A stretch of 64,000 bases of DNA from Azolla caroliniana (taxonomy: Eukaryota > Plantae > Polypodiophyta): positions 18,724,001 to 18,788,000 of the forward strand of contig JBHGNT010000012.1 in NCBI GenBank assembly GCA_043228905.1, given 5' to 3'. Every line of letters begins with the position of its first letter. Within the stretch, counting starts at the first letter, position 1. A program made the translations under genes and the position numbers. Under the pieces are notes generated by a model. That model was not told the origin of the DNA. It did no database searches and saw only the letters and a list, made by a program, of their open reading frames with translations. Of this stretch, positions 62,533-64,000 are shown in pieces.

Positions 62533-64000
62533 ATGCCGCCCATTAAGAACAAATATTGGGATACATGTTGCCTCAATGTCGTAAGAAGTCAAACAGGAAA
62601 TAGGAGTTGGAACTGTAAATTTTGCAACAAACATATGCATGGGTCAGCAACACGAATGATTGCTCATTTAATTGGAAAACCTAGCCATGGAGTAACGAAA
62701 TGTACCAATGTCCCCAAGGAAATGTTGATTGACCTTACAACTTTGTATGGTAATTGTGGAAGCCAAGCAATTGGCGAAGAAGAAGATATAGTAGCAGAGA
62801 TCAACTCATTCAACATGCCTGAACAAGGTATAGACACAAGCCTACAATAGGTGTCTTGATTACTAATGTTTAAATAATTGTAAATTATTTATCTTGAATT
62901 TTTTTTCTTTTAGGTGTTTCTACCTCATGCTCGTCTACCTTTGTTGATGAAAGTCAAAGCATGTCATGTATGGGTGGTGGTAGTCGCCAACCATATCCAC
63001 CAGCAATTATAGTGAAACAACAACCGTTGCGTAAAGGACATGTGTTACAAATGCAAAGGAAACAACATGCAAACGTTATGGAGGTGAGATGTATCATTGA
63101 AGCAAATTTTGTCATTTAATCTATTAAAAACACCATGTTGGCGGAACATGTTAGAAGCTTTCTCTACAATTGGAGAGAAACATAATGGAGTCACATATAA
63201 TTACATGAGGACGAAAGGCTTGAAAAATGAGGTTATATCCTTGCAAGCAAAGTTAGAAAGGGTAAAAGGATCATGGCCCAAGTATGGTTGTTCTATATTA
63301 ACAGATGGATGGGTTGATGTTTCTCATAGGCAACTTGTAAATGTCCTCGTATCATCTTGTTATGGGACATTGTTCCTCAAGTCCATTGATTGTAGTCATG
63401 CTAATACAACACCAACAATTGATAGCTCTTGGTTAGCTGAAAGAATTTCAGAGGCAATTAGAGAAGTTGGTAAGGAAAATGTGGTCCAAGTCATTTCAGA
63501 CAATGCATCTAGTTGTGTCCGCATGGGGTCTTTGCTAGAATCAGAGTTCCCTAATATTGTTTGGACTCCATGTGCAACCCATTCTTTGGATCTACTTTTG
63601 GAGGACATTGGTCAGCTGCCTTGGATGAAAAGTATTATGTTGAAAGCAAATAATATCGTACGTTTTTTTTGCAAGAAGAGGAATGCTAGGAAAAAAAATT
63701 CTGCTCACAATAACCTCGCCATCTTGAGACCTTCTAAGACAAGGTTTGGTGTGATGTACCTTGTCATACAACGTTTGCTCAAAGTTTGGTATCCTCTTGA
63801 GCAAACAGTGGTGAGTGACATGTGGAGGTCTTGGTCACATTGCAATAAGCCAGATGCCATGAATGTAAAGAACTACATCCTTGATCCTACAACTGAGTCC
63901 TCGTTTCAAGTTGTTTTGACCCTAATGGCACCATTGTATAGTGTTTTACGACTTACTGATAGGGAGGGATCCACTATTGGTTTGTTATATGAGTTTATGC
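62533..64000 (+). pseudogene. hAT transposase copy 2, 5' part, frameshifted
   Basis: BED finger exon, intron ~62851-62913, catalytic region with frameshifts near 63105 and 63695. Confidence 0.88.

Larger units (their letters stand above)
60667..64000 (+). mobile_element. hAT copy 2 (inverted relative to copy 1, runs off the window end)
   Basis: Near-identical reverse complement of ~16733-20157, starting at TIR CAGCGTTGTTTACGTACG. Confidence 0.93.

Overview
This is eukaryotic land-plant intergenic/heterochromatic DNA. A captured PLS-type PPR fragment and the retroelement lineages suggest a non-seed plant such as a fern (inference). It contains no intact host gene. Matching LTR pairs and target-site duplications (TSDs) resolve almost the whole window into one nest, seven levels deep: host Gypsy H > Gypsy X (2139-55616) > Gypsy V (13447-48998) > Gypsy Z (13691-45394) > Gypsy Y (23093-39624) > young Copia C (27597-36378) > gag-only element W (29251-32714). 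Side insertions are Copia A carrying a TIR transposon, a hAT carrying a PPR fragment (second copy from 60667), a self-priming Tcn1-like Gypsy, a solo LTR and fragments. Main signals: (1) all seven readable insertion sites of the tRNA-Trp-primed Gypsy lineage are 4-bp N-CG-N targets; (2) tRNA-like A-box/B-box cassettes sit inside the LTRs of several families from two Gypsy lineages; (3) a 3.9-kb TIR element with a 4-bp TSD carries a phased array of ~60-bp palindromes; (4) a young gag-only LTR element has an intact 675-aa ORF; (5) a conserved -1 frameshift with a candidate pseudoknot lies after the protease. Coordinates were read by eye and may be off by a few bases. Element letters are my own labels.
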